Assembly (NCBI GenBank): GCA_018238625.1
Contig: JABCSY010000006.1
Coordinates: 9,704-73,703, forward strand
Reading direction: 5' to 3'
Length of the DNA stretch: 64,000 nucleotides
Source: Promethearchaeota archaeon
GTDB lineage: Archaea; Asgardarchaeota; Lokiarchaeia; Sigyniarchaeales; SOKP01
Position numbers and translations under genes: made by a program. This document shows positions 40,607 to 51,145 of this stretch, piece after piece; position 1 is the stretch's first letter; each line of letters begins with the position of its first letter. The notes under the pieces were generated by a model, which searched no databases, was not told the origin of the DNA, and saw only the letters and a program-made list of their open reading frames with translations.

Positions 40607-41473
40607 TTATTCGTTACAATCAATTGATTTTTGGAGGTTAATTTTAATGAAAGCTTCTTCTTGTCTGTTTCTTTGTTCTGATTTTACCGATCTGTTTACT
40701 TGCGACAAAAACTTCATTGCGTTAGTTTTGCCTTCGTTAATGTTTTCAATTAATTCTTCTTTGCTTAAAGCTCCAGAAATAACTAGCGCCGTTTGAAACG
40801 ATTGGTCTGGTTCTAAAGTTTTGAATTCAATTTGCAAAGCCGATAAGATCTCTCCAGCCTCGCCGTGTAAAGTATTTGACAGATTCAACCTTTCGTTATT
40901 GATTTTAAAGTCTTTCGTTAAACAAGTTTCGTAATTCGTCGATTTTGATATGGGAGAAAAACCAGCATATAAACCTGTATGATCGTATTGGTAAAGTATA
41001 TCGTTCTCTTCGTTATAACCAGATAAGTCGTTATCGAAACCCTCTAATCCGTTGACGTCAAAGTCAAACACAAAGTACATCGAGAAGTCAATTAAACTGA
41101 AATCGGAAATATTCTTTAGCGTGAAAAAAGTGTTGACGTAAGGAACTTTTGGACGATTAAAAACGTCAATATACAAACGAATCGAAGAATGTTCCTTTTT
41201 AAATGTAATCGGTTGAATTTTCTTTTCTCTTATTAATATTTTTAAGTATTCTTTTACGTCAAAATCTAGCGTTATGCGGTCGATCACAGTTCCCGTCCGG
41301 CTGTTTACCATTTTATAGATCGGCGTTGGCTCAATATTTTTCAACACAACAGGAATAGTGCCAATTTTTTTGCCTATTAATTTAAAACTAAACCATGGCC
41401 CGGCAAACTGCTGTTCTGTCAAAAAGAGCAAATATTTTCCCTGATATGTTAATTCTTTTATCGAAAACCCCAT
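40607..41473 (-). CDS. Hypothetical protein
   Basis: 288-aa ORF with no recognised motif. Confidence 0.7.
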   Translation of the reverse strand: MGFSIKELTYQGKYLLFLTEQQFAGPWFSFKLIGKKIGTIPVVLKNIEPTPIYKMVNSRTGTVIDRITLDFDVKEYLKILIREKKIQPITFKKEHSSIRLYIDVFNRPKVPYVNTFFTLKNISDFSLIDFSMYFVFDFDVNGLEGFDNDLSGYNEENDILYQYDHTGLYAGFSPISKSTNYETCLTKDFKINNERLNLSNTLHGEAGEILSALQIEFKTLEPDQSFQTALVISGALSKEELIENINEGKTNAMKFLSQVNRSVKSEQRNRQEEAFIKINLQKSIDCNE

Positions 41474-41643
41474 TAAATAACCTGACTGATTTCAAGTAGC
41501 CAAAACATCGTTGAATAATACTTTTAATACTATTTTTTTACAACCTCCTTTATTTATTTCTAAATAAATATTTAACAAACTTGATGCTAGTCTTACAATA
41601 ATAAGAATATATACGAAAATTAAAAAAGTTTCTAGCGATTAAT

Positions 41644-42621
41644 TTACGCTTTTTCAATAAATCTGTAGGCAATATAAAGGAAAGCCTCGTTGACATTTTC
41701 GCCTGTTCGGGCAGAAGTCAAAATGTGGTGAAAGCCTAGTTGTTTGGCAACAACCTTTATTTCTTCTTCGCTAATAACTATTTCTTCTTGTAAATCCGAT
41801 TTATTTCCAACTATCACGACGGGTATATCTCTCGATACAGAAGTTTTGATGTCCTTATACCATTTCTTAACGCTTTCTAGATTGTTTGGACGAGTTCTGT
41901 CAATTACAATAAAAGCTGCGCTTGCTCCTTCGTAAAATCTCTGTCTATAAGGTGCCATTGAGCCTATTTGACCCCCAATATCCCATAGGACGAAATTAAT
42001 GTTTGTATCTTCGTTCATTACAACGGATTTTTTAGAGATCTCAACTCCAATAGTAGAGATATATTTTTCATTGAATTCGTTATCGACAAATCTCTTAATT
42101 AATGAGGTTTTCCCCGTTCCATAATCGCCATTTAGAATGAGTTTTGCCGTAAATTGACCCTTCGGTAGCTTACCCTCCTTTCTTTTTGATAAAACTCGAA
42201 TAATTTCTGGAATATCCGTAGAAACATTATCGAAACCATCGAGAATCAGTTCTACTTTACCGGCAATATATTCCGAATAAATTCTTAGTTCTGTATTTGA
42301 AGTAGTTGGATCAGCGATTGTAGTTAATATACAATGAGGTCCCATGGAACAATAAGCAAATTTTTTATCTTGCATTGAGGTTATATTAAAAAAATTGCTC
42401 TGGGTTTTATATTCACTTTTTATTCTGTCAATATAAACATCAAGAAATGCTGAAATTGCTCCAATTACTAAATTCGATTCGTGTCCTCCTTTTTCTTTAC
42501 TCTCAGAGGCGATAATAAAACCATCTCTATCGCAAATTGTCACCGCTGCGGCACCATCTACATCGAACATGTAGTTTTCTAATAATGACTGAATTAAATC
42601 GATATTGGGTAGACCTTCCAT
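41644..42621 (-). CDS. Roadblock/LC7 domain fused to a Rab-like small GTPase
   Basis: N-terminal DVDGAAAVTICDRDGFIIAS...IGAISA (roadblock). C-terminal GDYGTGKTS, YISTIGVE, WDIGGQ, VGNKSD, TSARTGENVNEAF. Likely start is MEGLPN at 42621. Confidence 0.88.
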   Translation of the reverse strand: MEGLPNIDLIQSLLENYMFDVDGAAAVTICDRDGFIIASESKEKGGHESNLVIGAISAFLDVYIDRIKSEYKTQSNFFNITSMQDKKFAYCSMGPHCILTTIADPTTSNTELRIYSEYIAGKVELILDGFDNVSTDIPEIIRVLSKRKEGKLPKGQFTAKLILNGDYGTGKTSLIKRFVDNEFNEKYISTIGVEISKKSVVMNEDTNINFVLWDIGGQIGSMAPYRQRFYEGASAAFIVIDRTRPNNLESVKKWYKDIKTSVSRDIPVVIVGNKSDLQEEIVISEEEIKVVAKQLGFHHILTSARTGENVNEAFLYIAYRFIEKA

Positions 42622-42778
42622 AGAATTCAACTTTGTTGGTAGCTTTCTTAAAATTATATTAGTTTTAAAAAATATAAATATAGCTATTAGAAAATTGTTA
42701 CATGAAGTCATTTTTAAACTCTGAGTATCTCCATGACATAAACTTATTTATTTTCTAATTTGCATTGATTTTTGTAGA

Positions 42779-42931
42779 ATGGAAGAAAATTTTTTAAAGC
42801 ACGAGGAAAACATAGCAAAAATTCTGAGTCGCGTAGTTTCCCTATGCAAACAAGCAGATCTTACGGACCTATCAAAAAAAGGAGAACAAGTTCTAAAGAA
42901 CTACGACAAAGCAAAATCGTTAAGAAAATAA
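42779..42931 (+). CDS. 50-aa small protein, absent from the ORF track
   Basis: MEENFLKHEENIAKILSRVVSLCKQADLTDLSKKGEQVLKNYDKAKSLRK*; similar to the next small ORF. Confidence 0.65.
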   Translation: MEENFLKHEENIAKILSRVVSLCKQADLTDLSKKGEQVLKNYDKAKSLRK

Positions 42932-43060
42932 TTTAACGGTTCAGAATTACTTTTTGTCGATTCTTAAGGAAGTTATCTCGTTTTATTCCAAAAACAATAT
43001 GTTTAGAGTTATATCACAATATTATTCTTTTTTTTATTCGAAGTATTTGTTCTATATTTT

Positions 43061-43225
43061 ATGATAGACAATATACATTTGGAAAACGACTTGTTTGAAG
43101 AAAAGCAAATTGAAAAAGTTTTATTTAGAGCCGTTGATCTCTTTAAAAAAACCGGACTAACAGAATTAGCTGAAAAATGGGACAGAATTCTGAAAAATTA
43201 TGTAGCAAAAAAAGAATTAGTTTAG
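43061..43225 (+). CDS. 54-aa small protein, paralog of 42779-42931, absent from the ORF track
   Basis: MIDNIHLENDLFEEKQIEKVLFRAVDLFKKTGLTELAEKWDRILKNYVAKKELV*. Confidence 0.65.
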   Translation: MIDNIHLENDLFEEKQIEKVLFRAVDLFKKTGLTELAEKWDRILKNYVAKKELV

Positions 43226-43285
43226 TATTCATTTTTTTAATTACTTTTTTCCAATATCTCTCAAATTTTATAGAAGCATGAAGGA

Positions 43286-45169
43286 TCATAAATTCTTCAA
43301 AACTTTAGATATATAATTACGTTGCTCATTTGTTATTCGATAGAGATCGAAAACAACTGAATTAATTTTATTTTGTAAATTAGTATAGTGTTCGGTATCA
43401 AATTTATCTAATTTCAGGATGGTTTTGACGAGTATTATAATTTCTCTTGAAAGATTCTTTTCAATATCGATTTCAGGAACTACTATAGGCATACTCTTTA
43501 AATTCTCTATAAGAATCCTTGGGAATAATTTTTTATAAGAGCCAAATGATTTAATAAAGTAAAACGTTAATAGTTGCGAATTTAAAAGCCCTAGAAGGTA
43601 ATAATTATTAAATTCTGTAATAGGAGATTTAAGTATTTTTAAGTTGTAAAGCGATTGCGAAGTCAATGAACCCTTATCATAAGTAGCACATATTAAGCTA
43701 TTTTCTACTAACTGTCTTACTATTACGCGATTTTCGTAGCGATTCAACTCCTTATAATTAATGCCTTGTTTAGTCGTATCAATATATTTTAAATCTTTGA
43801 CTTGGTATCGATTAATAGAATAGAGAAATGGTTTATATTTTTTTTTTAAATCGCCTTTAATACTTTTTATTATTATACATTCTATAGAATCTTTGCTTAA
43901 TTCTGATTTACATTCTTTGCAAATATAATTATTTTTTGGAAGAGGAAAATATTTTTTACAAGTATTACAGAATATAACCTTTCCATTTTTACCTAATTCA
44001 ACGCCCCTCCATAGATCTATTTTAAAATTTGGATTAGCATTTAAATCATTTAATTCTGGAAAATTTATGTTCAAAAACTCGATAATTTCTCTATCCTGGT
44101 CATTTAAATTAATTAGAAATCGATAACTCCATTTTTCTATTATATTTTGACTGATTTTACTTGGCTCAGTTCGATTTTTATCATGTTTGATTTGAATTAG
44201 GTTTGTTAATCTTTTGGTTTCATCAGATTCTTTTTGTAAAGTAATTACAATATTTGAAACGACGGGATCATCGAATTGAGGACCGCTATAATAAATCTCC
44301 CTTATTTTAGTTGACTCATATATATATCTCCTAAGAATCTTACGATTTGATAACACGAGTAAAGAATCTGGGATTATATATCCAAGTAAACCATTTTGCT
44401 TTAATATTTGAATTCCTATTTCGGTAAACAGTTGATAATAGTCATACTGTCCTTTATTGGTCTCCAAAGGGAGGTTTTCAATCATTTTTCTATAATCGTG
44501 TGGAATCGCTCGAATAAATAAATATGGGGGATTCCCAACTACATAGTCGTATTTATTATTAAAATTAAATTGAAGAGTATCTTTATTGAGAATATTAAAT
44601 ACGGGTATTAGGTAATCTTTATTTGATTCTAAAATTATTGTGATGAGTTCGAAAAGCGTATAATAAAAGTTGATTTGGCATAAAATACAAGCAATTGGAT
44701 TTATGTCAATACCAAAGATATTCGCTTTAATTTTATTGATAATTTCTATCGCTTGTTTAGGCGTTAACTCTGGGTTCTCTTTCGAATTAATTTGCTTTTT
44801 TAATTTTTCTAAGAGAACTTTTACAGCTCTAATTAAAAAACTTCCTGAACCACAACTTAAATCTATTAATTTTTTATTTTCAATCTCTTGCCGTTCTGTG
44901 TAGCCAACTCTATTTAGTATGTAATCAACGATTTGAATGGGAGTGAAAAACTCGCCCATTGTTTTTCTTTGGGAATGAGGAATAATCTTTTCGTAAGATT
45001 TCGCTAGGATATCCAAATCATGAATTTTTTTGGATTCAATCTTAGTTAAATTTTTGACTATATTATGGATGAAATCGTTTATTTCTTTATCTTTTAAATC
45101 GATTCCATATCGTTTTATTAGGTTTGAAATTACTCGCTTATCTATTAGGAATTTTTGAAAATCGCTCAT
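43286..45169 (-). CDS. N6-adenine DNA methyltransferase (gamma class, TaqI/Eco57I-like)
   Basis: GEFFTP, DLSCGSGSFL, FGIDIN, YVVGNPPY, LLGLLNSQL; internal CxxC...CxxC. Confidence 0.88.
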   Translation of the reverse strand: MSDFQKFLIDKRVISNLIKRYGIDLKDKEINDFIHNIVKNLTKIESKKIHDLDILAKSYEKIIPHSQRKTMGEFFTPIQIVDYILNRVGYTERQEIENKKLIDLSCGSGSFLIRAVKVLLEKLKKQINSKENPELTPKQAIEIINKIKANIFGIDINPIACILCQINFYYTLFELITIILESNKDYLIPVFNILNKDTLQFNFNNKYDYVVGNPPYLFIRAIPHDYRKMIENLPLETNKGQYDYYQLFTEIGIQILKQNGLLGYIIPDSLLVLSNRKILRRYIYESTKIREIYYSGPQFDDPVVSNIVITLQKESDETKRLTNLIQIKHDKNRTEPSKISQNIIEKWSYRFLINLNDQDREIIEFLNINFPELNDLNANPNFKIDLWRGVELGKNGKVIFCNTCKKYFPLPKNNYICKECKSELSKDSIECIIIKSIKGDLKKKYKPFLYSINRYQVKDLKYIDTTKQGINYKELNRYENRVIVRQLVENSLICATYDKGSLTSQSLYNLKILKSPITEFNNYYLLGLLNSQLLTFYFIKSFGSYKKLFPRILIENLKSMPIVVPEIDIEKNLSREIIILVKTILKLDKFDTEHYTNLQNKINSVVFDLYRITNEQRNYISKVLKNL

Positions 45170-45410
45170 AAAGTTCGGTTTTAGGTATTATAAATCAAAT
45201 TATTTTTATCAAATTATATTTCCATTTAATTTAATCTGAATAAAGTTTATTATTTAATATTTAATTATGAGTTCTTTAAAAATATGCAAATAAAATATTC
45301 ACATAAAACTTCTTATAGGTTGTTGAACCAATATTTATATAAAAATATTCAATATCTTCTTTGACACAAAAGGAAGAAATTAAAAATAATTAAGAAATCC
45401 CTTAAAATTA

Positions 45411-46511
45411 ATGATTGCAAGCATATTTATTGTCGCTTACTTTACGATATGTTCTATTGGTTTAATATACGGATTATTTCACAGAGAAAATTACAAGCCT
45501 GAAGTAGGTTTTTTTATCGTAATTATGCTATATGTAGCGAGTGAAAGTGTTTACTTCATTTTATTTAATCTATCAGTCGAGACCTTTTTTGACGTAAATT
45601 TAGCCCTGATATTATGGAGTGTATCGATCTTTGCTAGAGTAATATCAAATGGGACATGGTCTGCTATTCATAGTATGGAATTAAACAAATCTAGCCGAGT
45701 TAGATTTTTACCCGTTATTATATACATCTTATTGGGAGGGATTATACTTAGCTTATTGTTCAATCCCGTTTCGTTTTTAGTTACCCAGACTGAATTTGAG
45801 TACTATTACTTTTTCAGTAACCTCCCCTTATTAATTTCGATTGTTTCATTCAATGGGTTTATTGTAGTTATTTCTTGGATTACGCAAATAAAAGGATACA
45901 AAGATATTAACGATAGAAAGTTAGGTAAACTCTATTTCCTCTTCGTATTTCTCTTATGTTTAAAAATCCTATGGTATACTCTCTATATATTAACTCTAAA
46001 TTCACTTTTTAAAATTCTACATCAAACGTTTTACATTATTTTTATAGGATTTGTAGTCTTTCTTGTAGTTAAGAAACCAAATGTGCTCGTAGTTTTCACT
46101 AATAAAATATACGATTTTATTATTTTCCATAAATCTGGCATCTTACTATATTCTTTTAATTTCGAAAAACAATCAGAAGTCGATGAATCATTTTTAAAAG
46201 GGAGTATACTGATCGGAATTAATCACATTTTAGCTAATTTATCAAACGTCGAAAATCAGATAACCCTTATTAAGATGAGCGATCGAGCGATTGTTTTTAA
46301 CTATAACAACCAATTAGGTTACGCAGTTTTACTAATCGCAAAACACAAAAATAAAATACTCGAAAGCGCAGTAGATAATTTTACGAATAAATTTGCCGAG
46401 ATCAATAAAGATAGCTTAAAAAAGCTAGGTGGTCTAATTGATGTTTCAATTTTTAAAAATGCTCACGATCTAATCGAAGAATATTTTAGCCATTATTTAA
46501 CTGGAAAATAA
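45411..46511 (+). CDS. About 7-TM membrane protein with C-terminal longin-like domain
   Basis: Hydrophobic N-terminal 220 aa, then IFHKSGILLYSFNF...ILIGINHIL...GYAVLLI. Confidence 0.72.
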   Translation: MIASIFIVAYFTICSIGLIYGLFHRENYKPEVGFFIVIMLYVASESVYFILFNLSVETFFDVNLALILWSVSIFARVISNGTWSAIHSMELNKSSRVRFLPVIIYILLGGIILSLLFNPVSFLVTQTEFEYYYFFSNLPLLISIVSFNGFIVVISWITQIKGYKDINDRKLGKLYFLFVFLLCLKILWYTLYILTLNSLFKILHQTFYIIFIGFVVFLVVKKPNVLVVFTNKIYDFIIFHKSGILLYSFNFEKQSEVDESFLKGSILIGINHILANLSNVENQITLIKMSDRAIVFNYNNQLGYAVLLIAKHKNKILESAVDNFTNKFAEINKDSLKKLGGLIDVSIFKNAHDLIEEYFSHYLTGK

Positions 46512-46702
46512 ATAAAGCACCTACATTTTTACACAGATTTGTATCGTAATTTATGTTTTTAAAAGATTTTATCACATTTTTTTAGAAATACGTTCAGTAA
46601 TTCTTAAAAACCAATAATTCTTCTCTATTTATAAGAATATTTTTTGATATTTCTAAGAAATCTCATAGTTTTTCTTATTTAAATTTTGAACCATTTTAAA
46701 TT

Positions 46703-47851
46703 ATGAATTATACTACTTCCATATCGCTCATCATTGGCTATATTATTATATTATGTTTAAGTGCTATAACAATAATTCACATCATCCGATATCGAAAAAA
46801 ATATGGAACGGAACTAATAGCTTTTTTGCTTGCGGCAACAGTTCTTACCGGGGGTATTATTTATTCAACATTATTCGTCTTTTCAGTTACTTTTTTCATA
46901 TCAAATGAAATCAACGTTTTATTCTGGAAACTATCACTTGTATCTGGGGTTATTTCACTAATAATATCTTCATTCGTGTATTCATTTTTTAACGAATATA
47001 AAAAAATTAAACCTTTTCCATTTCTATACTACACGCTCCTTCTTGGCATGTTGATTGGGGCTTTACTAACTCCTGATTCAATCGAATTAATTCTTGATAT
47101 CCCCCCTCCTTCGTCGTTTTCAGTTATAGATCCGGCTCTAATTAATTTTCGCTTTAACTTTATAACTGGAGCAATAATTATATTGTTGCAAAGTTTAATC
47201 ACGATTTATTATCTTTATATCGCTTCTTTAATTAATATCCGATCAAAAAAAAAGGAAGAAAGTTTGCCTTTAATATTAAATACTATTGTTTTTACGATTC
47301 CCATATTAATGAATATTTATTACGTAATATTACAACAGACCATCTTTAGAGAGTTATACATAATTCTTATTTGGATAACATACTTTGCCGTTAATATCAT
47401 GCTAATTAAAAAACCAGAGATGTTTTTCGTTATACCAAATAGAATTTATTCAATTAATATTTATCACAAATCAGGCATCTTACTATATTCTTTTAATTTC
47501 GATAAAAAATCAGATAAAAAAGATGAATCACCCATCTGGGGGAATATCCTTATAGGTCTAAATCATATTCTCAGCGAGTTTATTGGCAAAAAAGATAAAA
47601 TTGACGTCATCCAAACAAAGAAATCGGATATCGTTGTTAAATATGAAATTGACTATGGATACGCTTTGGTAGTTATCACTAATAAAAAAAATAGCATAAT
47701 AGAAGACCTTATGCTAAACTTTTCGATTGAATTTAAAAGAAAATATGAGGCTGAGCTAACCGATCTTCAAGATATAAATCGGTTAATTAACGTTTCCGAA
47801 TTCAGCGGCGCAAAAGAAATGGTTGAGAAAAACTTTCAATTGTATTTATAA
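46703..47851 (+). CDS. About 7-TM membrane protein with C-terminal longin-like domain (tandem paralog)
   Basis: Same architecture; IYHKSGILLYSFNF...ILIGLNHIL...GYALVVI. Confidence 0.72.
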   Translation: MNYTTSISLIIGYIIILCLSAITIIHIIRYRKKYGTELIAFLLAATVLTGGIIYSTLFVFSVTFFISNEINVLFWKLSLVSGVISLIISSFVYSFFNEYKKIKPFPFLYYTLLLGMLIGALLTPDSIELILDIPPPSSFSVIDPALINFRFNFITGAIIILLQSLITIYYLYIASLINIRSKKKEESLPLILNTIVFTIPILMNIYYVILQQTIFRELYIILIWITYFAVNIMLIKKPEMFFVIPNRIYSINIYHKSGILLYSFNFDKKSDKKDESPIWGNILIGLNHILSEFIGKKDKIDVIQTKKSDIVVKYEIDYGYALVVITNKKNSIIEDLMLNFSIEFKRKYEAELTDLQDINRLINVSEFSGAKEMVEKNFQLYL

Positions 47852-47983
47852 TCCAGAACATTCGCGAAATATGGAAATTACTAAATTATAGATATCTAAA
47901 CATTTTTTAATAGGTGTAACTATAGGATTCATAAAGAAGTTATAATTCAATTAAAAAACTTTAAGATTTAACAATTTCATAAA

Positions 47984-48196
47984 ATGGAACAATTAGAAAT
48001 TCAAGATAAAGAATGGGCGAGCGATTGGAAGGTTATCGTAGAAGTTTTTAACACAATAGATCACCTTAAAGGATTATTTGAAAGCTTTAACGTACCATAC
48101 TTGAGAGAAATACAACAAAAAGTTTTAATTTTAAATCTTGAAAAGTATGCCTGGTCTTTGCAAAATTATATTATAGAGAAATATTCTAGAGCGTAA
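47984..48196 (+). CDS. Small hypothetical protein
   Basis: 70-aa ATG-started ORF with protein-like composition in an otherwise AT-rich gap. Confidence 0.6.
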   Translation: MEQLEIQDKEWASDWKVIVEVFNTIDHLKGLFESFNVPYLREIQQKVLILNLEKYAWSLQNYIIEKYSRA

Positions 48197-48415
48197 AGCA
48201 CGATAGCCCTTTTCTATTTGACTTTTCTTAGTTAAAAGAGAAATGTTGTAATATTAGACATATAATTATAAATTTAAATAAGTAGAATATGCTAAATTTA
48301 TATTTTGATATTGAAATAGTTTAAAATTGCTTATTTTTATATGTGAAAGAATCTAATACCTTATATAAATTTTAAAAATAAACAATAAAATAATTAAATT
48401 ATTGGTTTTAAAAAG

Positions 48416-49795
48416 ATGAATCAAAATAAAGATAGAAGTACTCAAGGATTTGGGGCGCTACAAAAGTGGAGTTTCGGTTCAATTTCGTTCGGACTATTTT
48501 TTATTAATAGTGCATTTAATACATGGGTTTTTTCTTTTTATTATGTCGCTGTTGGCTTGGATATAGCGTTAATAATGTTAGCATATGTTTTGTGGACAAT
48601 TTGGAACGCAGTAAATGACCCACTAATTGGTTACTTTTCAGATCGTACACATACACGTTGGGGTCGACGAAAACCATATATAATGCTTGGATTAATACCT
48701 GTTCTCATAATCGAGATAATTTTATGGTTGCCCCCTGTTGGTAATCAAATGCTAGGCTTTATCTATCTTCTTACCATGCTTATATGTTATGATACCTTCT
48801 ATACTATGTTGGCATTACCTTCAGATTCATTATTTCCTGAATTGTATACATCTGTAGAAGAACGGGCACAAGTAAATACTATTAGACAAGTTTTATCTAC
48901 AGTTGGGTTGATATTAGCTTTCTTAGTTCCAGGTTTTTTCATTGAAGAATTGGAAGAGATGTCTGGTTACCTAACAAATGGTATTGTTACATCGATAATC
49001 GTAGGAATAACAATGCTTATTTTTCTAAAATGGGGTGCTGTTGAACGCGTAGAATTTAAAGAAGACTACAAACAAGCATTTTCCTTTTTTGGAGGATTAA
49101 AATATGCTTTAAAGAATAAAGGTTTTGTATTCTATACACTCATGTTTTTCTTATATGAGTATGTCCTACTGGTGCTCGCAACAACCGTACCATTGTATGG
49201 TAAACATGTTCTAGGCGTAGGTACATTTCCTACATCGATAATGTTAGGGCTGTTGTTTATCGTAGGAATTGTCACGGTAATAATTTGGAGGAAGTTAGAT
49301 GTTAAACTTGGAAGCAAAAAAGGATATTTTATCTCAATTGTCGCATATTTTGTTGCTTCAATCCCATTGTTATTTATAGAGACATACGAAATAGCATTAA
49401 TTGTAGTATCTTTAATGGGCTTTGGATTTGGAGGCATGTTGTATTTCATTTACTTGATTATTGCAGATGTTATTGACGAGGATGAGTTAAAAACGGGCGT
49501 ACGGCACGAAGGAATCTTCTTTGGAATTACAAATTTCTTCATGCGACTTTCAATGGTTCTTTCTATTTTAACTGTAGGGCTCGTATTCACAGCGTCGGGT
49601 TGGGGAGATTACCAACCTTCTCCAGGTGTAGATGAAATTTTTGGACTTAGATTATTAGTATTTCTGTTCCCAGCCATTGCACTAGGTCTAAACCTGATTT
49701 GCTTAAAATTTTACCCCTTCTCAAAATCTAGAGTTGAAGATATTAAGCAACAAATCACGGAACTTCATAACCAGAAGAAAGAAAAAGTTACTTAA
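48416..49795 (+). CDS. MFS transporter, glycoside-pentoside-hexuronide family
   Basis: WNAVNDPLIGYFSDRTHTRWGRRKPY, ADVIDEDELKTGVRHEG. Confidence 0.92.
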   Translation: MNQNKDRSTQGFGALQKWSFGSISFGLFFINSAFNTWVFSFYYVAVGLDIALIMLAYVLWTIWNAVNDPLIGYFSDRTHTRWGRRKPYIMLGLIPVLIIEIILWLPPVGNQMLGFIYLLTMLICYDTFYTMLALPSDSLFPELYTSVEERAQVNTIRQVLSTVGLILAFLVPGFFIEELEEMSGYLTNGIVTSIIVGITMLIFLKWGAVERVEFKEDYKQAFSFFGGLKYALKNKGFVFYTLMFFLYEYVLLVLATTVPLYGKHVLGVGTFPTSIMLGLLFIVGIVTVIIWRKLDVKLGSKKGYFISIVAYFVASIPLLFIETYEIALIVVSLMGFGFGGMLYFIYLIIADVIDEDELKTGVRHEGIFFGITNFFMRLSMVLSILTVGLVFTASGWGDYQPSPGVDEIFGLRLLVFLFPAIALGLNLICLKFYPFSKSRVEDIKQQITELHNQKKEKVT

Positions 49796-49867
49796 ATTAA
49801 CTAAAAAATTATTTTAATATTCTTTTTTTTTATTTTTTTTAGGCTCAAGTTCTAATCTTAATATAAC

Positions 49868-51145
49868 TTATAGATTTTTTAAGGCTTGATCCAAATCTCT
49901 GATCAAATCACTAGGATCTTCTAAACCGACCGAAAATCTAAAGTGAGTATCAGACATTCCCATGGTTCGCTTTTCCCACGAAGCTAGATCAATTCCCGTC
50001 ATAACGGCAGTATATTCTATTAATGAAGTCGTGTCTCCTAACGATACTCCAACTTTGATTAGTTTTAATAAATCGATAAACTTATAACTAGCATCCATCG
50101 ACTCCAATTCGAAGCCAATCATGCCACCAAAATCCGTCATTTGCTTTTTAGCGATTTTGTGACCCAAATCTGATTCTAAACCCGGGTAAACAACACTTGT
50201 CACTTTTGGATGTTTACTCAAGAATTCTGCTATTTTTATTGCACTTGAACTATGTCTTTTCATTCGCAAGCTAAGAGTTCTACATCCGCGCAAAATTAGC
50301 CATGCGCTAAACGGGCTTAAAACGGCACCTTGTGTTTCTAACCAGAAATACCGAATATTTTGTAGAGCGTTTTTAGGACCTATTATTGCTCCACCAAGGC
50401 AATCACCGTGGCCATTAATAAATTTAGTTAAACTTTCAATTACCAAATCAGCACCTAATTCTATTGGTTTTTGTAACGCTGGACTTGCGAATGTGTTATC
50501 CACGATACATTTTCCACCTATTTCGTGAATAAGTTCAGCGCATTTCTGAATGTTTATTATGTCAATTGTGGGGTTTGCTGGCGTTTCAACAAATACAAAC
50601 TTAGTTTGTTCGTCAATAGCCTTTTTGACAGCGTTTAAATCCCGCATATCAATTATTCTCGGTTCGTATCCCATTTGTGGGTATACATTTGTAAAAAGGC
50701 GATATGTTCCCGTGTATTGATTTTTATGCATAATAAAGTTTGGAATATGATCTGGTTTACTTTGAGGAAAATATTTAGAAAAATTTTTCGGTTTCACTCT
50801 CTTAATCCGTTTTTGGAGGACGCTCGAACAAGCAAGATGAACAGCCGCCATCCCAGAAGCAACGGATATAGCATCTTCTCCCCCATGCAATGTCGCGAGT
50901 TTCTTATCCAAAGCAAACAATGTAGGATTTTCTGTTCTCGAATAAAAGTAATGGTGTTTTAAAAGCTCTGTTAGAGAGGAGTATACGTATGATTTAGTCG
51001 CATATAAAGGTACGCGTAAACTATGGGTAGTGCTAGGGTATGGATCTTCTCCAGCTCTGATTAGTTGTGAATCAAATTCTAAGTTATCCCACTTTTCTCT
51101 TAATTCTTTATTGATTTGATCTTGTGGTTTTTTTTCTGCCATCAT
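49868..51145 (-). CDS. PLP-dependent Cys/Met metabolism enzyme (methionine gamma-lyase / cystathionine lyase family)
   Basis: YSRTENPT, ASGMAA, ETPANP, VDNTFASP, ESLTKFINGHGD, VSLGD, FSVGLED. Confidence 0.9.
   Translation of the reverse strand: MMAEKKPQDQINKELREKWDNLEFDSQLIRAGEDPYPSTTHSLRVPLYATKSYVYSSLTELLKHHYFYSRTENPTLFALDKKLATLHGGEDAISVASGMAAVHLACSSVLQKRIKRVKPKNFSKYFPQSKPDHIPNFIMHKNQYTGTYRLFTNVYPQMGYEPRIIDMRDLNAVKKAIDEQTKFVFVETPANPTIDIINIQKCAELIHEIGGKCIVDNTFASPALQKPIELGADLVIESLTKFINGHGDCLGGAIIGPKNALQNIRYFWLETQGAVLSPFSAWLILRGCRTLSLRMKRHSSSAIKIAEFLSKHPKVTSVVYPGLESDLGHKIAKKQMTDFGGMIGFELESMDASYKFIDLLKLIKVGVSLGDTTSLIEYTAVMTGIDLASWEKRTMGMSDTHFRFSVGLEDPSDLIRDLDQALKNL

Noticed and set aside
50740-50820. 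Basic insertion of about 20 aa in the PLP lyase as a third micro-intron
   Set aside because: It is in frame with no stop, and I could not build a convincing inner stem plus 4-bp helix around the GTGAAA.
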